DNA of 64,000 nt, taken from the IMG/VR virus record IMGVR_UViG_3300027985_000918, positions 186,001 to 250,000 of that record. One strand, 5' to 3'. Both the position numbers and the translations under genes were made by a program. Numbering within the stretch: position 1 is the first letter of the stretch; every line of letters begins with the position of its first letter. Of this stretch, positions 1 through 9,600 are shown piece by piece. The notes below the pieces were generated by a model that was not told the DNA's origin, made no database searches, and saw only the letters and a program-made list of their open reading frames with translations.

Positions 1-25
1 GTGTTCTTGGTTCTCCACAAAAAAA

Positions 26-53
26 GGTAATCCCAACGCATATGTAAGTAGTG
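26..53 (+). promoter_or_regulatory. Candidate bipartite promoter GGTAAT-N16-GTAGTG
   Basis: GGTAAT at 26-31 and GTAG at 48-51, 24 nt upstream of the ATG at 76. The same motif and spacing occur at 13835, 34882-34910 and 34998. Confidence 0.55.
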
Positions 54-75
54 CTGGGATGGTAAGGAGAACGCC

Positions 76-330
76 ATGAGAGAGAAAACGCAGTTAGTCG
101 CCACCATCCTGATTTTTTTGGCTCTATGTGTGGCTTGGTTCTTCTTCTACGTGAAGCCGGCTGAGGATCATCGCAATAAGGTGTGGAGCTGCATGGCCGA
201 ATTGCCGAACATGCCTCGTTTCGAGGCATACAAGGCCTGCCACAATGACAATATCGGTCAGGCCGGTCTCCTCATTGGTTTTTTCGACCCACCCATCCCC
301 GTCGGCTACCACCCGCCCCGTCGTCGTTAG
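76..330 (+). CDS. Small membrane-anchored hypothetical protein
   Basis: AAGGAG RBS before the ATG and an N-terminal hydrophobic helix (LVATILIFLALCVAWFFFYV). Its stop overlaps the stop of the convergent gene. Confidence 0.6.
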   Translation: MREKTQLVATILIFLALCVAWFFFYVKPAEDHRNKVWSCMAELPNMPRFEAYKACHNDNIGQAGLLIGFFDPPIPVGYHPPRRR

Positions 331-2597
331 ACCCCGTCGATGTACGCCAGGTAGATGGCGGAGATATCCACCACCACGGCATCCCCACCATATGTGTCCG
401 CCCCCGCCCCCGCCGCCCTTTTGACCGTGATATAGAGAATGTCCCCATGCCCACCGGCTCGGCGAGCCCTCGCCTGAGAGATCTTCAGGACGAACTCACT
501 ATCCACCTCTTGCCGGGCAACCCCCGGGGTTGCGGTCACCACGGGAAGACTCTGCTCATTCGGATGGGGGATTCCTGGGTTAGCGAAACCCAGTACCTCT
601 CCGCTTGCCACGAAAGTCCAGTATACGGTCCACTCAACGTTGCCTACAGTGGCGTCGGAAGGACACCATTTCCACGAAATTCTGATAGGGGTGGAAGTGT
701 CCGTATTCTCGGGAAGAGTGCCTGACCGAGTCACCCGGGAGTCGAACCCTGCTCGGAAGTTGTTCTCAACCGTAGGTGCGGCGATATTCATAGAGACCCA
801 GATGTTCTGGTCAGTCGGAGCGGTGCCGAACCCTACCACCTTCCCGAACTCCCCCAGTGCCCAAGGCAGCGATTCCTCCACCCGAGCCAGCCCATCCATC
901 TCTCGAAGGCCGTTCTCGTCAAACCGAGTCCTGGTGGGGACCATCTTGATGAGGTCTACGATGGGAGATGTGGCGATGGGAGCAGTGATGCGGAACCGCA
1001 CCCAGTACAGGTCTACCCCCAGAGCCATCGGGTCATTAGCCACCCAGAGAGGTGGCATGTTTCTGTCGAACCTCAGGTGTTCCCCTCCGTTGAGGTTCTG
1101 CCACAGATCCATCGCCTGGGGGATAAACGGTGACTCTTCCTCGGTCACCATGAACGTAAAGGCCGTCCAGGCTCCGCCGTCCCAATATTCTGCCTCCACC
1201 GTCCCGCCCCCCAGGGCCATCACCTGAGAGATAGGGGAGAATTCCAGGCCGTAGAAAGGAAACCCACCGTCAAGCTGCCATCCCACGTAGAGGGACGTGT
1301 CGACATTCGTGTTGGGAAACACGGTGACTGGGGAACCCTCAGTTACCGCAGCCACCGACACGTCTGCGAATGCCGTCCCATCCCAGGTGAATGCTCGAAC
1401 TCCAAGGGTTGTCACGTCCCCTTGGCCCGTGACCAGCTCTCGGCCGATGCCAGGGGTACCAACATGTAGGGCCGACCAGACGGTGAGGGACGGGTCGATT
1501 CCCGCTCCGGAGCGGTCGCCATATCCCGTAATCTTGGAGTAATCCTCGGCCCTTACCCTCTCGGCATCCAAGGTAACCCCGTGCAGAACAATATATCCGT
1601 TGATGTCCTCCTGCAGTACATCGAGGGCTGCTGAAACGGTATGTATCCGACTTACACCATTAGCTACGATAACCCCTCCTCCAACCCCCGTGTGCATCAC
1701 TGCCGTCGTTGCCCCCAACACAAATGCACCTTCCCCCCTAATCTCACCCCCGTTTTCGACATACAACGCCGAAGCACACCCTTCCATAGAAGTAGACGAA
1801 AATGCAGAGAAAGCTCCCGCCCCAATAGACTCAAGAGGGTGAATCACCGCACGGTTTACCAGGCCGTGGTTTATGACGGTAGACGCTGGTTGTGCCCGTA
1901 GGCCGTAGGAAATGCCGTCGTTAATCAACCCGTGGCGGACGTACAAGATCGAGCCGTCTTTCGCCGTAGCAGCACCAAACCCCCCCAAAAACACCACACT
2001 TTCGAGCAGCCCTGAGAGGGCTCCTTCTACAACCACCCCCCAGGCGTTGGTTGGTGAGACGATGTTGACTTTTCGGATAGACGCCCGATCCCCAAGAGTG
2101 ATGAGATCAGTGTTCGGAAAGGCCGCCTTCGCCTGAATAGTCACTACGTCGACACCCCAGCAATCCAGATGCACCTGTGCGGCGACGCTAAAAGGATCTT
2201 CCTCGTAAACCCCCGGAAGGAGGAGGATGAGTGTCCCAGCCGTTGTCTCCGCATCGCAGGCGGCCTTGATTGTGGTGTAGTCACCTTGGATGGGGTCCGG
2301 GGAGACACGAACGACCTTGTCGATCTTCGTACCCATCGCCACCTGAATGTCGTCCTCAGCCATGAGCTGAGCGGTGACGTGTCCCCTGTTGATATATCCT
2401 CGAATGACGCCGGAGGTGTAGGAAAGGGAGACCTTCGTGTCGTACACGAGGTCCACGTGCCCACGGGCTGGGACGTAAGGAGGTCCGGCGGCTCTGAACT
2501 TCCCCTCTCCGTCGTCCGTAGTGGTAATGTCGGAGAGGATCAGGCTGTCGCCGGCCAATCCGGTATGGGTCACTCGCAAAAGGATGCCGCCAGCCAT
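327..2597 (-). CDS. Virion fibre/spike-like protein with parallel beta-helix (pectin-lyase-like) domain
   Basis: 756 aa with a GGAGG RBS. GDYTTIKAACDA..LILLLPGVYEE is a typical beta-helix cap motif, followed by V/G/A-rich coils and a beta-rich C-terminal domain ending ..DTYGGDAVVVDISAIY. Confidence 0.65.
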   Translation of the reverse strand: MAGGILLRVTHTGLAGDSLILSDITTTDDGEGKFRAAGPPYVPARGHVDLVYDTKVSLSYTSGVIRGYINRGHVTAQLMAEDDIQVAMGTKIDKVVRVSPDPIQGDYTTIKAACDAETTAGTLILLLPGVYEEDPFSVAAQVHLDCWGVDVVTIQAKAAFPNTDLITLGDRASIRKVNIVSPTNAWGVVVEGALSGLLESVVFLGGFGAATAKDGSILYVRHGLINDGISYGLRAQPASTVINHGLVNRAVIHPLESIGAGAFSAFSSTSMEGCASALYVENGGEIRGEGAFVLGATTAVMHTGVGGGVIVANGVSRIHTVSAALDVLQEDINGYIVLHGVTLDAERVRAEDYSKITGYGDRSGAGIDPSLTVWSALHVGTPGIGRELVTGQGDVTTLGVRAFTWDGTAFADVSVAAVTEGSPVTVFPNTNVDTSLYVGWQLDGGFPFYGLEFSPISQVMALGGGTVEAEYWDGGAWTAFTFMVTEEESPFIPQAMDLWQNLNGGEHLRFDRNMPPLWVANDPMALGVDLYWVRFRITAPIATSPIVDLIKMVPTRTRFDENGLREMDGLARVEESLPWALGEFGKVVGFGTAPTDQNIWVSMNIAAPTVENNFRAGFDSRVTRSGTLPENTDTSTPIRISWKWCPSDATVGNVEWTVYWTFVASGEVLGFANPGIPHPNEQSLPVVTATPGVARQEVDSEFVLKISQARARRAGGHGDILYITVKRAAGAGADTYGGDAVVVDISAIYLAYIDGV

Positions 2598-2660
2598 GAG
2601 TCCTCCGTGGGAGGTCCTAGACCCCCTAACGGTTCCGTCTCATAGGGCAACTATCACCTC

Positions 2661-3089
2661 TCAGGAGTAGCCATCCTTATACCAGCCCCCGCCCTTCAAC
2701 TGGAAGCTCCCCCGGGACATGAGCTTGAAGGTAGGACTCCCACATCTCCGCTCTACGTACCCCACCAGAGAGGTCAGCGCTTCCCCTGTCTCGGTATCAG
2801 AAAACCCCTGGCTCTCGTGGAAACCCCCCGCACTCAAAGGCTCCCCAGCATCGTTGAAAAAGTGGCTCACGTCATAGAGGGGCACGGTACAGCAGCCAGC
2901 AGGAACATGGGTCGGAAGCACCCGGGATGCTCCGGCAGAGAACCCGGGCTTGAGTTGAAAACCGTCGTACTGGAACGGCCGAAGCACTCGGATTCCCACT
3001 GCGGGGCACGACGGGTTGGGATCTGACATCTTCTGGAGGATGTCGAACTTGTGACCGCACTCTTCACACTGGAACTCGTAGATGGGCAT
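2661..3089 (-). CDS. FmdB-family zinc-ribbon protein with a large insertion
   Basis: MPIYEFQCEECGHKFDILQKMSD..CP..CG..SFQLKGGGWYKDGY matches the FmdB (CxxC_CxxC_SSSS) pattern. There are 86 residues between CP and CG. Confidence 0.8.
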   Translation of the reverse strand: MPIYEFQCEECGHKFDILQKMSDPNPSCPAVGIRVLRPFQYDGFQLKPGFSAGASRVLPTHVPAGCCTVPLYDVSHFFNDAGEPLSAGGFHESQGFSDTETGEALTSLVGYVERRCGSPTFKLMSRGSFQLKGGGWYKDGYS

Positions 3090-3091
3090 CT

Positions 3092-3637
3092 CTACTCCGG
3101 GATGGTGACGTCGTATAGGCTAATGAGGGCCAGGCCGTCACAAGGGTCATAGGTGGCCTGAATAGCGCCATGCGGAACTTCGGCCCCCTCTTCCTCCAAA
3201 ACCTCCCTCAGCCGTAGGGCCTCCGGGATGATGTCGCCAGGTGGGGACACCATCATGTGGACGTTGGGGATGTCCAGAGCACACCCCAACGTGTTCGCCT
3301 TGGTCCCGTCCCCGCTATCGCATGTGTCAAAACCGTTTCGGCGAAGCACCCGGACCGTGTGGCGGATGCCGTCATCGAGCTGGTCGTAGTCGAGGTCATC
3401 CACAAGGAGACCGACCCGGGCCGCCCGGAGGGCCTTCTGCTCGGGAGTTTCTTCCTCCGTGTACACCTCGACCGTACAGCCCTGCTGGGCGATCAGGTTC
3501 TCTGCGGCTTCCCGGAGGTTCCTGGTGCCACAGAGCTTCCAGACCGTCATCTCGCCATTATGCTCCAGCTTGGGGTTCCCCGGGAGAGACATCTCCAGGG
3601 GACTTCCGCCCCGAAGGATAAACGTCCAGACCTTCAC
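3092..3637 (-). CDS. Hypothetical protein with a D.GI..V..L...GF.T.DSG.G motif
   Basis: GTG start overlaps the upstream TGA (GTGA) with a GAGGT RBS, so the start is revised from the track value 3694. LDDGIRHTVRVLRRNGFDTCDSGDG resembles a TYW3-like N-terminal motif. Confidence 0.65.
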   Translation of the reverse strand: MKVWTFILRGGSPLEMSLPGNPKLEHNGEMTVWKLCGTRNLREAAENLIAQQGCTVEVYTEEETPEQKALRAARVGLLVDDLDYDQLDDGIRHTVRVLRRNGFDTCDSGDGTKANTLGCALDIPNVHMMVSPPGDIIPEALRLREVLEEEGAEVPHGAIQATYDPCDGLALISLYDVTIPE

Positions 3638-3933
3638 AGCACCACCTCTTGATGACTTCCCCGCCACAAGGTTGCTCGGGGATCTTTGGAGCACCCCAAG
3701 AAAACGACCTGGTAGGGTTTCTCCGTGTTGAATGTCTCGTCATCTAGGCTGACGACAGAGACATGGCCGCCATCTGGAAGGACCGCAGTTCTTCCCGAAA
3801 ACGTGGCCTGGTAGGGGATTGCTGACGCCATAACTTTCCTCAACAACTGGGCCGAAGCGTCATCCCGACAAACTGCCACCAGCCAGGACCTTCTTGATGC
3901 CGCCTGGCCTAGCAACTCCAACACCTGGTTCAT
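3634..3933 (-). CDS. Hypothetical protein (99 aa)
   Basis: ATG at 3933 with a GGAG RBS just after the upstream stop at 3948. The track ORF extends upstream into the neighbouring gene. Confidence 0.65.
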   Translation of the reverse strand: MNQVLELLGQAASRRSWLVAVCRDDASAQLLRKVMASAIPYQATFSGRTAVLPDGGHVSVVSLDDETFNTEKPYQVVFLGCSKDPRATLWRGSHQEVVL

Positions 3934-3947
3934 GTGGGGGTCTCCGA

Positions 3948-4982
3948 TCATGCCGTCAACCGAGCGGCCCACCCCACCGACCGCACATCCACGGTGTTTT
4001 TGGGGGTCACCTCCAGATAGAAAGTCCCCTCCATGTCCCCGGGGAGGGTCCGCAGGATACCGCTGGCAAGGGCAGCCGAAGCCGTTTCGATTAGGCTGAA
4101 TGTCTCCTTGACGGAGCCCTTCCCGTGGATGTTCACCGCCCATTCGTGAACAGCCTTGACTTCGACCTCCCGAGTGGGGTCGAACTCCCTCTCCACCACC
4201 CCGAACGTACCCCCTCGGAGTTTGACGGCCACCAGTTCTCGGATGGTGTCCACGGCGCTCCTACGGCCCTGGGTAGTGCTCAGAAACTTGTAGGCGGCCT
4301 CCCGTCTCTGCTCGGGTGTGAGGGCCGCCAGGGCGCTCCCAGAGGGCTTAGCAACCTCCACTGGGGCAGGTACCTCTCCCCTGCGATACAGGGCTAGGTC
4401 GGTCTCGGGGGACCCTTGTACAAGGTCCCCGAAGTCGGGGTCATCCCCCACACGGGCGAGCCAGGTTTCCCCCTTGGCGATGAGAGCTGTGGTGTCTACT
4501 CTCCCAGCAGCCAGGTCCTCGACAAGAGCTGCCCGAGCCTTCTGGTGTTGGCGGACTTCGTTGTCCACGGCGTTACTGGCTCGTTCAAGCATGAGGCCCA
4601 GGGCAACCGGGCTTCTGGCGTTCGTCCGCACCGAGACCGCCGGCTTGACCCCCTCAGGGAGATCACCCGTCCGCATCTCCGGCACATCCTCATCGAACTG
4701 GAGGCGTTCCGCCAGGGCAGCCTGAACCAGAGGGTTCATTTGGGGGCGGCCCACCTCATTGAGGAACAGATCCCCAGGGAGATCACATTTAGTCGCCACG
4801 GAGGGTGAGGCTAGAGCCGTCCTACGAGCCATCTCCATCAAAGCATCGTCGAAGGTTAGGGTGCCCTCTTTGGCGGCATCTAGGATTTCAACCAGTTCGG
4901 GAGCTTCTTCCCGGAGACGGGCAATAACCTTTTCCGGGTCTCCCCCGCACTCATCGAACAGTGTTGCCAGATCAACCCTCAT
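3948..4982 (-). CDS. Hypothetical protein (344 aa)
   Basis: Long ORF, tightly packed in the operon, with phage-like codon use. Confidence 0.75.
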   Translation of the reverse strand: MRVDLATLFDECGGDPEKVIARLREEAPELVEILDAAKEGTLTFDDALMEMARRTALASPSVATKCDLPGDLFLNEVGRPQMNPLVQAALAERLQFDEDVPEMRTGDLPEGVKPAVSVRTNARSPVALGLMLERASNAVDNEVRQHQKARAALVEDLAAGRVDTTALIAKGETWLARVGDDPDFGDLVQGSPETDLALYRRGEVPAPVEVAKPSGSALAALTPEQRREAAYKFLSTTQGRRSAVDTIRELVAVKLRGGTFGVVEREFDPTREVEVKAVHEWAVNIHGKGSVKETFSLIETASAALASGILRTLPGDMEGTFYLEVTPKNTVDVRSVGWAARLTA

Positions 4983-5832
4983 CGATCTCCCCCGTAGCCG
5001 TCAGCTTGATCCGGGCTCCAGCCGGAACCTTCTTGCTTGTACCCCCTGCCTGCCTTGGGTCCACCGGGACAGCCCACGGATCTACGGGTTCCGGCAGCGG
5101 GCCACCCCCCACCATGCCCCCCTGAGCGGGGGCATTCCCTTTCCCTGGGACTCGCCCCACGGATTTCTTGGGATGCTGGGGTGCCGGTGCAGCCGGAGGA
5201 GTTTCGGGCTCTGGGTTGAGGTGTTCTTCAGGGGGCTCGGTGCCTTGCGCCAGCCGATTGTAGATAGCCTGGGCATATTCCTCGATGTGGCCTTTCCCCT
5301 GCTTGGTCGCCAGGTCTTTGGCTCTTTGCCAGAGGGTTTCATCCCGTTCCGGCATTTTTGGGGGTTCTACTCCCTTGGCCTGGGCAAGTCGGCGAACAGC
5401 CTCATCCACTCCATCGGGTTGGTTGGTCCTGGGTACCCCGTCGGTGATTTCAAACGAGGGGGCATCCACAGGGTTCCAGTCTCCTCTTCGGGAGCTAACC
5501 TCCAGTCGCATGGCTTCCTGAAGCAAATTGGCGAAGTCCTTGCGGGCAATGTCGGCGTACTTCGGGAGGTTAGGGTCCGCCTGGATGGGCCGAGTCAGCC
5601 GCTCATGCTGACTCTGCACTCGGGTCTTGAACGGGTCCCCCGCCTGGTGGTGGACACATGTGGGGTTCCGGCAGGCGTGGCAGAACAACCCCTGAAACTC
5701 CACCACCGAGGACTGCCCCGAAGTCCCAATCTGCTGAGCCTTCTGTCGCCAGTCGGCCATGCAGTCCTCCAGCAGATCCCGAGTCCTCTGGTCAACCGGG
5801 GCGGCCATGCTCTTGAATGTAGGGTATCTCAT
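4972..5832 (-). CDS. Hypothetical protein with CxxC..C..H motif and Pro-rich C-terminus
   Basis: FCHACRNPTCVHH motif. The start overlaps the upstream stop (ATGA). Confidence 0.75.
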   Translation of the reverse strand: MRYPTFKSMAAPVDQRTRDLLEDCMADWRQKAQQIGTSGQSSVVEFQGLFCHACRNPTCVHHQAGDPFKTRVQSQHERLTRPIQADPNLPKYADIARKDFANLLQEAMRLEVSSRRGDWNPVDAPSFEITDGVPRTNQPDGVDEAVRRLAQAKGVEPPKMPERDETLWQRAKDLATKQGKGHIEEYAQAIYNRLAQGTEPPEEHLNPEPETPPAAPAPQHPKKSVGRVPGKGNAPAQGGMVGGGPLPEPVDPWAVPVDPRQAGGTSKKVPAGARIKLTATGEIDEG

Positions 5833-6266
5833 CCGTCGCTCTTCGTCCTGGGTCGGGAATGCTCATCCCGCCGCTGACCCGCCAACTTGGCGGACCGACT
5901 TCCTTGGGTGGCTGCGATCAGGTTCGCCCTGCTATGGCCACGGGTAGCGATGTCCACCGAGTCCACAACGGGGTAGCTGTGCTCCCCGTCCAGGCTCTCC
6001 AGGAGGGGAGGCTTGTTGGGACGGCTCACCAATTTGCGGACATGTGGGCACTTGAGACACACCTCGGGATCCATCCCCGAGGCAAGGCCACAAGCTCTCT
6101 CCCACACCTTGTGCCGCTCGTAGTCGGCCGTGTTGATGAGTTTCAAGGTCCGCTGCTCTTCTACACCGATGTCCATCAACGCCGTAACCGGCGGAAACTG
6201 CCGCCAGTGGTGGCAGTAGAAGGTCTCAATTTTCCCCTGGTACGGGGTCTGCATCGGTCTGAGCAC
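5829..6266 (-). CDS. Hypothetical protein, possible Zn-binding
   Basis: AAGGAG RBS before the GTG; contains C/H motifs (YCHHW, CLKCPH). Confidence 0.7.
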   Translation of the reverse strand: MLRPMQTPYQGKIETFYCHHWRQFPPVTALMDIGVEEQRTLKLINTADYERHKVWERACGLASGMDPEVCLKCPHVRKLVSRPNKPPLLESLDGEHSYPVVDSVDIATRGHSRANLIAATQGSRSAKLAGQRRDEHSRPRTKSDG

Positions 6267-6675
6267 GGGACTCTCCTTGGGCCAACTGGGCTCGGACCTG
6301 AGCCAGCCGATTCTGTCGGGCAGCGTTCAGGTCCGAGCCTATCTTACCGACCGCCCTCTCCAATTCTCGGCTACGGCGGAGCTGCTGCTCCAGCTTCTCC
6401 GCTTCTGCCCGAAGGCGGGCGATCTGTACCAAGTCTTCGTTGACCACCCCCCTTTCAAACAGGATGTTCAGGAGGTGGTGGAGCACGCTCATCTGCTCTT
6501 GGATCCGGTCACTTCCGTCGAGAGCTTGGGATAGGCGGTTATTGACGGTGGGGCAGGTTTCGATGCTGCACCGGGAGTCCGAACAGGTGTCAGGCATCCC
6601 GGTGCAGCCACACTCGTCCAGGTCAATCCCTAGGGCCGATTCGATGACCCTCAGACGACGCAGAACGTCTGTCAT
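6226..6675 (-). CDS. Hypothetical coiled-coil protein with a Cys cluster
   Basis: ATG lies 1 nt after the polymerase stop. Contains CGCTGMPDTCSDSRCSIETC and a heptad-like C-terminal half. Confidence 0.7.
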   Translation of the reverse strand: MTDVLRRLRVIESALGIDLDECGCTGMPDTCSDSRCSIETCPTVNNRLSQALDGSDRIQEQMSVLHHLLNILFERGVVNEDLVQIARLRAEAEKLEQQLRRSRELERAVGKIGSDLNAARQNRLAQVRAQLAQGESRAQTDADPVPGEN

Positions 6676-6676
6676 C

Positions 6677-9600
6677 TCAGCAGAGCCGGCGGGCTCGGGC
6701 TGTCCAGAAGAATTCGCTCTCATTGACGAGGACCGCCTCATCCCCGAACAGCTCCTTCCAGGGTTCGAGTTCCTCCAGCATCGTACCGTCAGGCAGCTTG
6801 ATGCGGAGCAGACGGGTGCCCTTCCCTCGACACTGGATGATGACCCGAGCCAGCTCATCCACGGTCTCGTACCGTAGAGGTCCCCTCAGCTCGAAGATGT
6901 ATTCGTCCCCCTTCTTGAGACCCATAGGAGGGCCGGCAGGCTCCTGGGATTCGACGGCGGCGACCGCCAGGGCAGCCACAGCCTCATCCTGGACAGCATG
7001 CAACGCCGACTGGCCATCGGGGTCCCCATCGGCTCCCGTGTAGGCCAGCGGGACATCCTCAGGGGGACTTAGCTCGGGGTCTTCACGAGGGTCTACCACT
7101 GGGGCAGACAGCGGAGCACTGGGCACAGGCTTGGCGGGCACCAGCGGCTTGGCCTCGGGCCTCTGGCTCGGGTCCTTGGACCAGGCAACCACCTCATCGA
7201 AGTTGTGCATCCTGAAGTACGGGGCCAGCTCAGCCGGGAACTTGGACATCTCGCCCCAGACCAGCCCGTCGGCCACTGCCTTGTCCGGCTTTTTGTACTT
7301 CTTGTTGCCGTTGAACCGTACCTCCCCCGCCCGCATGGCATTCAGGTCCCACTCCACGTCCCAGGCGTGACCGATCTCCACGTCCGATGTTAGAGGGATC
7401 GGCCACTTCTTAGCCAGGATGAAGGCGTTTCGACTCATGAGCGGCTTGATGATCTCAATGGCCTCTTCCAGCACGTCCCCGCTAATGTCAAACACCAGCT
7501 CGTCGTGCATGGTGATAATCATGAGGACCTTGTCCTTGTCCCATCCCCGCTGCTTCATCTCCTTGTACACGAGGGCCATTGCGATCTTCGTGATGTCGGC
7601 GCTGGAGTTATGGACGACCACACCGTCGCAGACGAAGGCGTGTACGCAATCCTTCACCTCCACATCGAACATTTCTACCGGCTCACCCGTGTCCTCTACC
7701 TCTACTACCTGCTCGTAGTTATACTCCAGAAGGGCCGTGATGGTTGAAGGTACCTCTTTCGGAGGGAGCTTTGCCAGATACCGCTGGCACTGTGACTTGC
7801 TACCCGATCCCGCTCTGAGACGAAGCACAGCGGATTTCTCACTACGCTGCAAATCAGCATAGATGCTACTGCCATACACCGTCTCCCCAATGCGCCGGAT
7901 CAAATCCTGTGGAAGTGTGTGCCACTGCCCCGTCCGGGGATTCGACTCGATGGCCCACAATCGGGCGGATTCCTCTGGGATCAAGAATCCTACCTGATTC
8001 CGAAACGCCACCCGGTCCTTGACGAATACACGTTTGCTGTCCAACCGGACAGTAGACCGGATGCCCAGGGTGCGCAGGAGTTTATGGGTGTCCATCAACA
8101 GGTCGGGATTCGTACTACGCACGTCTACTGCCTGTGCCACGTTCACGCAGCCCTCGGCACTGAAATAGCCTCGAAGGAAAGCTGCCCGGTGTCTTGCTGA
8201 CTGGGCCCACACGGCTTCCGGCACCCGCTTGGTCCAGGTATTCCAATCACCCAAACCCAACATACGGCAGAACTCCCGGAAAGCTGTGTTCCAGAAACAC
8301 ACCTGCCACGTCGGGAGGCGGCCATCCCCGTCCACACGGGGCTTCTCCTTCACCGTGGCGGCCAACCCCAGAGGGGGCGCCAGACGGTCAGCATAGTAGC
8401 GGGCCTGCTGTGCCGCATCCGGGCCTCCAACGTGGATGATGAGGCCATCTTCCTGAATAGACCCATCTCCGATGACGAGCCCCAGCAGTTCCCACAGTGC
8501 ATCGTGGTTGCCCTCGAACCTGTAACCTTTCTTGTCCTCGAAGGACAGAACTTGATCTGGCAGTTCCACTCCCACGGCATCTGTGACAACCCACATATCC
8601 GGGGTCAAGTCCTCCTGTCGCACCCAGGTGAGAAGCCCTTCCTCATACACACGGAATCTATGGTCGGGACTGGTTCGCATCACCAACCCCGACATGAGGG
8701 TGGTGTGCATCAACTTCTTGAGCCCCGATGGGAAGGCCCTGCCTTTCGCCCAACAAGTGCCAGTCCACACGTCGAATGTTTTTCCCGACAGATCTTCGAT
8801 CCGTCGGATACCCAAGCTGGTGGGCACTCGACTACCACCGTGCAGACAGCCCTGGATGGGCCCATTCACACTGTTTCGCTCCGCCTTGGAGCGAAACCCG
8901 CCGTCCTCGCTGTTGATGTCGGGCACAGGGTACTTGCGGCCGAAGGCCGTAAGCACATACTCGTGCTTGCGAGCGAAATCCCACTGAGCACGCCACCAGG
9001 AAGCCAGCGTCTTGTACGTCTCGTCGAACTGCCTCTTGACCCTCCAGCCTTCGTTCTTCGAGCATCCCGTGGCTCGGATGACAGCGTTGCCGCCGCCGCC
9101 GTAGCACAGGGCGAAGTTGGTGGCCTTGGCATCCTGACGGAGCTGCTTCCAGTTGGGGCGATCGAGGGCGTCCTCCCCAAAGATGTTCAGGGCGGTCAGC
9201 GTGTGCAGGTCCCCGATCTTGTCGGACCCGCAGTTGGGGCACCGGGGAGGCGGAGCCTCGGGTGTGCAGGTACCATCCCCCTTGTCGAAGGTTCGAGAGC
9301 ATGAGCTACACCGGAAGAACTCGGCCATCCATTTCGGCTCTCGGCTGAGGTTCGTGACCAGCCGCAGCTCCACGCCGCTGAAGTCGATGGCGACGATGTA
9401 CCGCCGGGGGGCTTCCGGGGACTTGGGGGGTCGGGCGGCGATGCACTCTCGTAGCCGCCTCATGCACTCAGGTCTCTCGGGATCGTAGGTTGCCGGAACC
9501 GACTGCAGGTTCATCTGGGGCCAGCCAACAAGCTGGACCTTCGCCTTAGCAGGAGTAGCAAAACGCCCCGTGTCCACCTTGTGGGCACGGAAGTTGATTC

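Noticed and set aside
6676-6858. Track-predicted N-terminal extension of the 6226 ORF (likewise for 3634, 11082 and 34487)
   Set aside because: The extensions overlap real genes in other frames; downstream starts with an RBS or stop-start coupling fit better.
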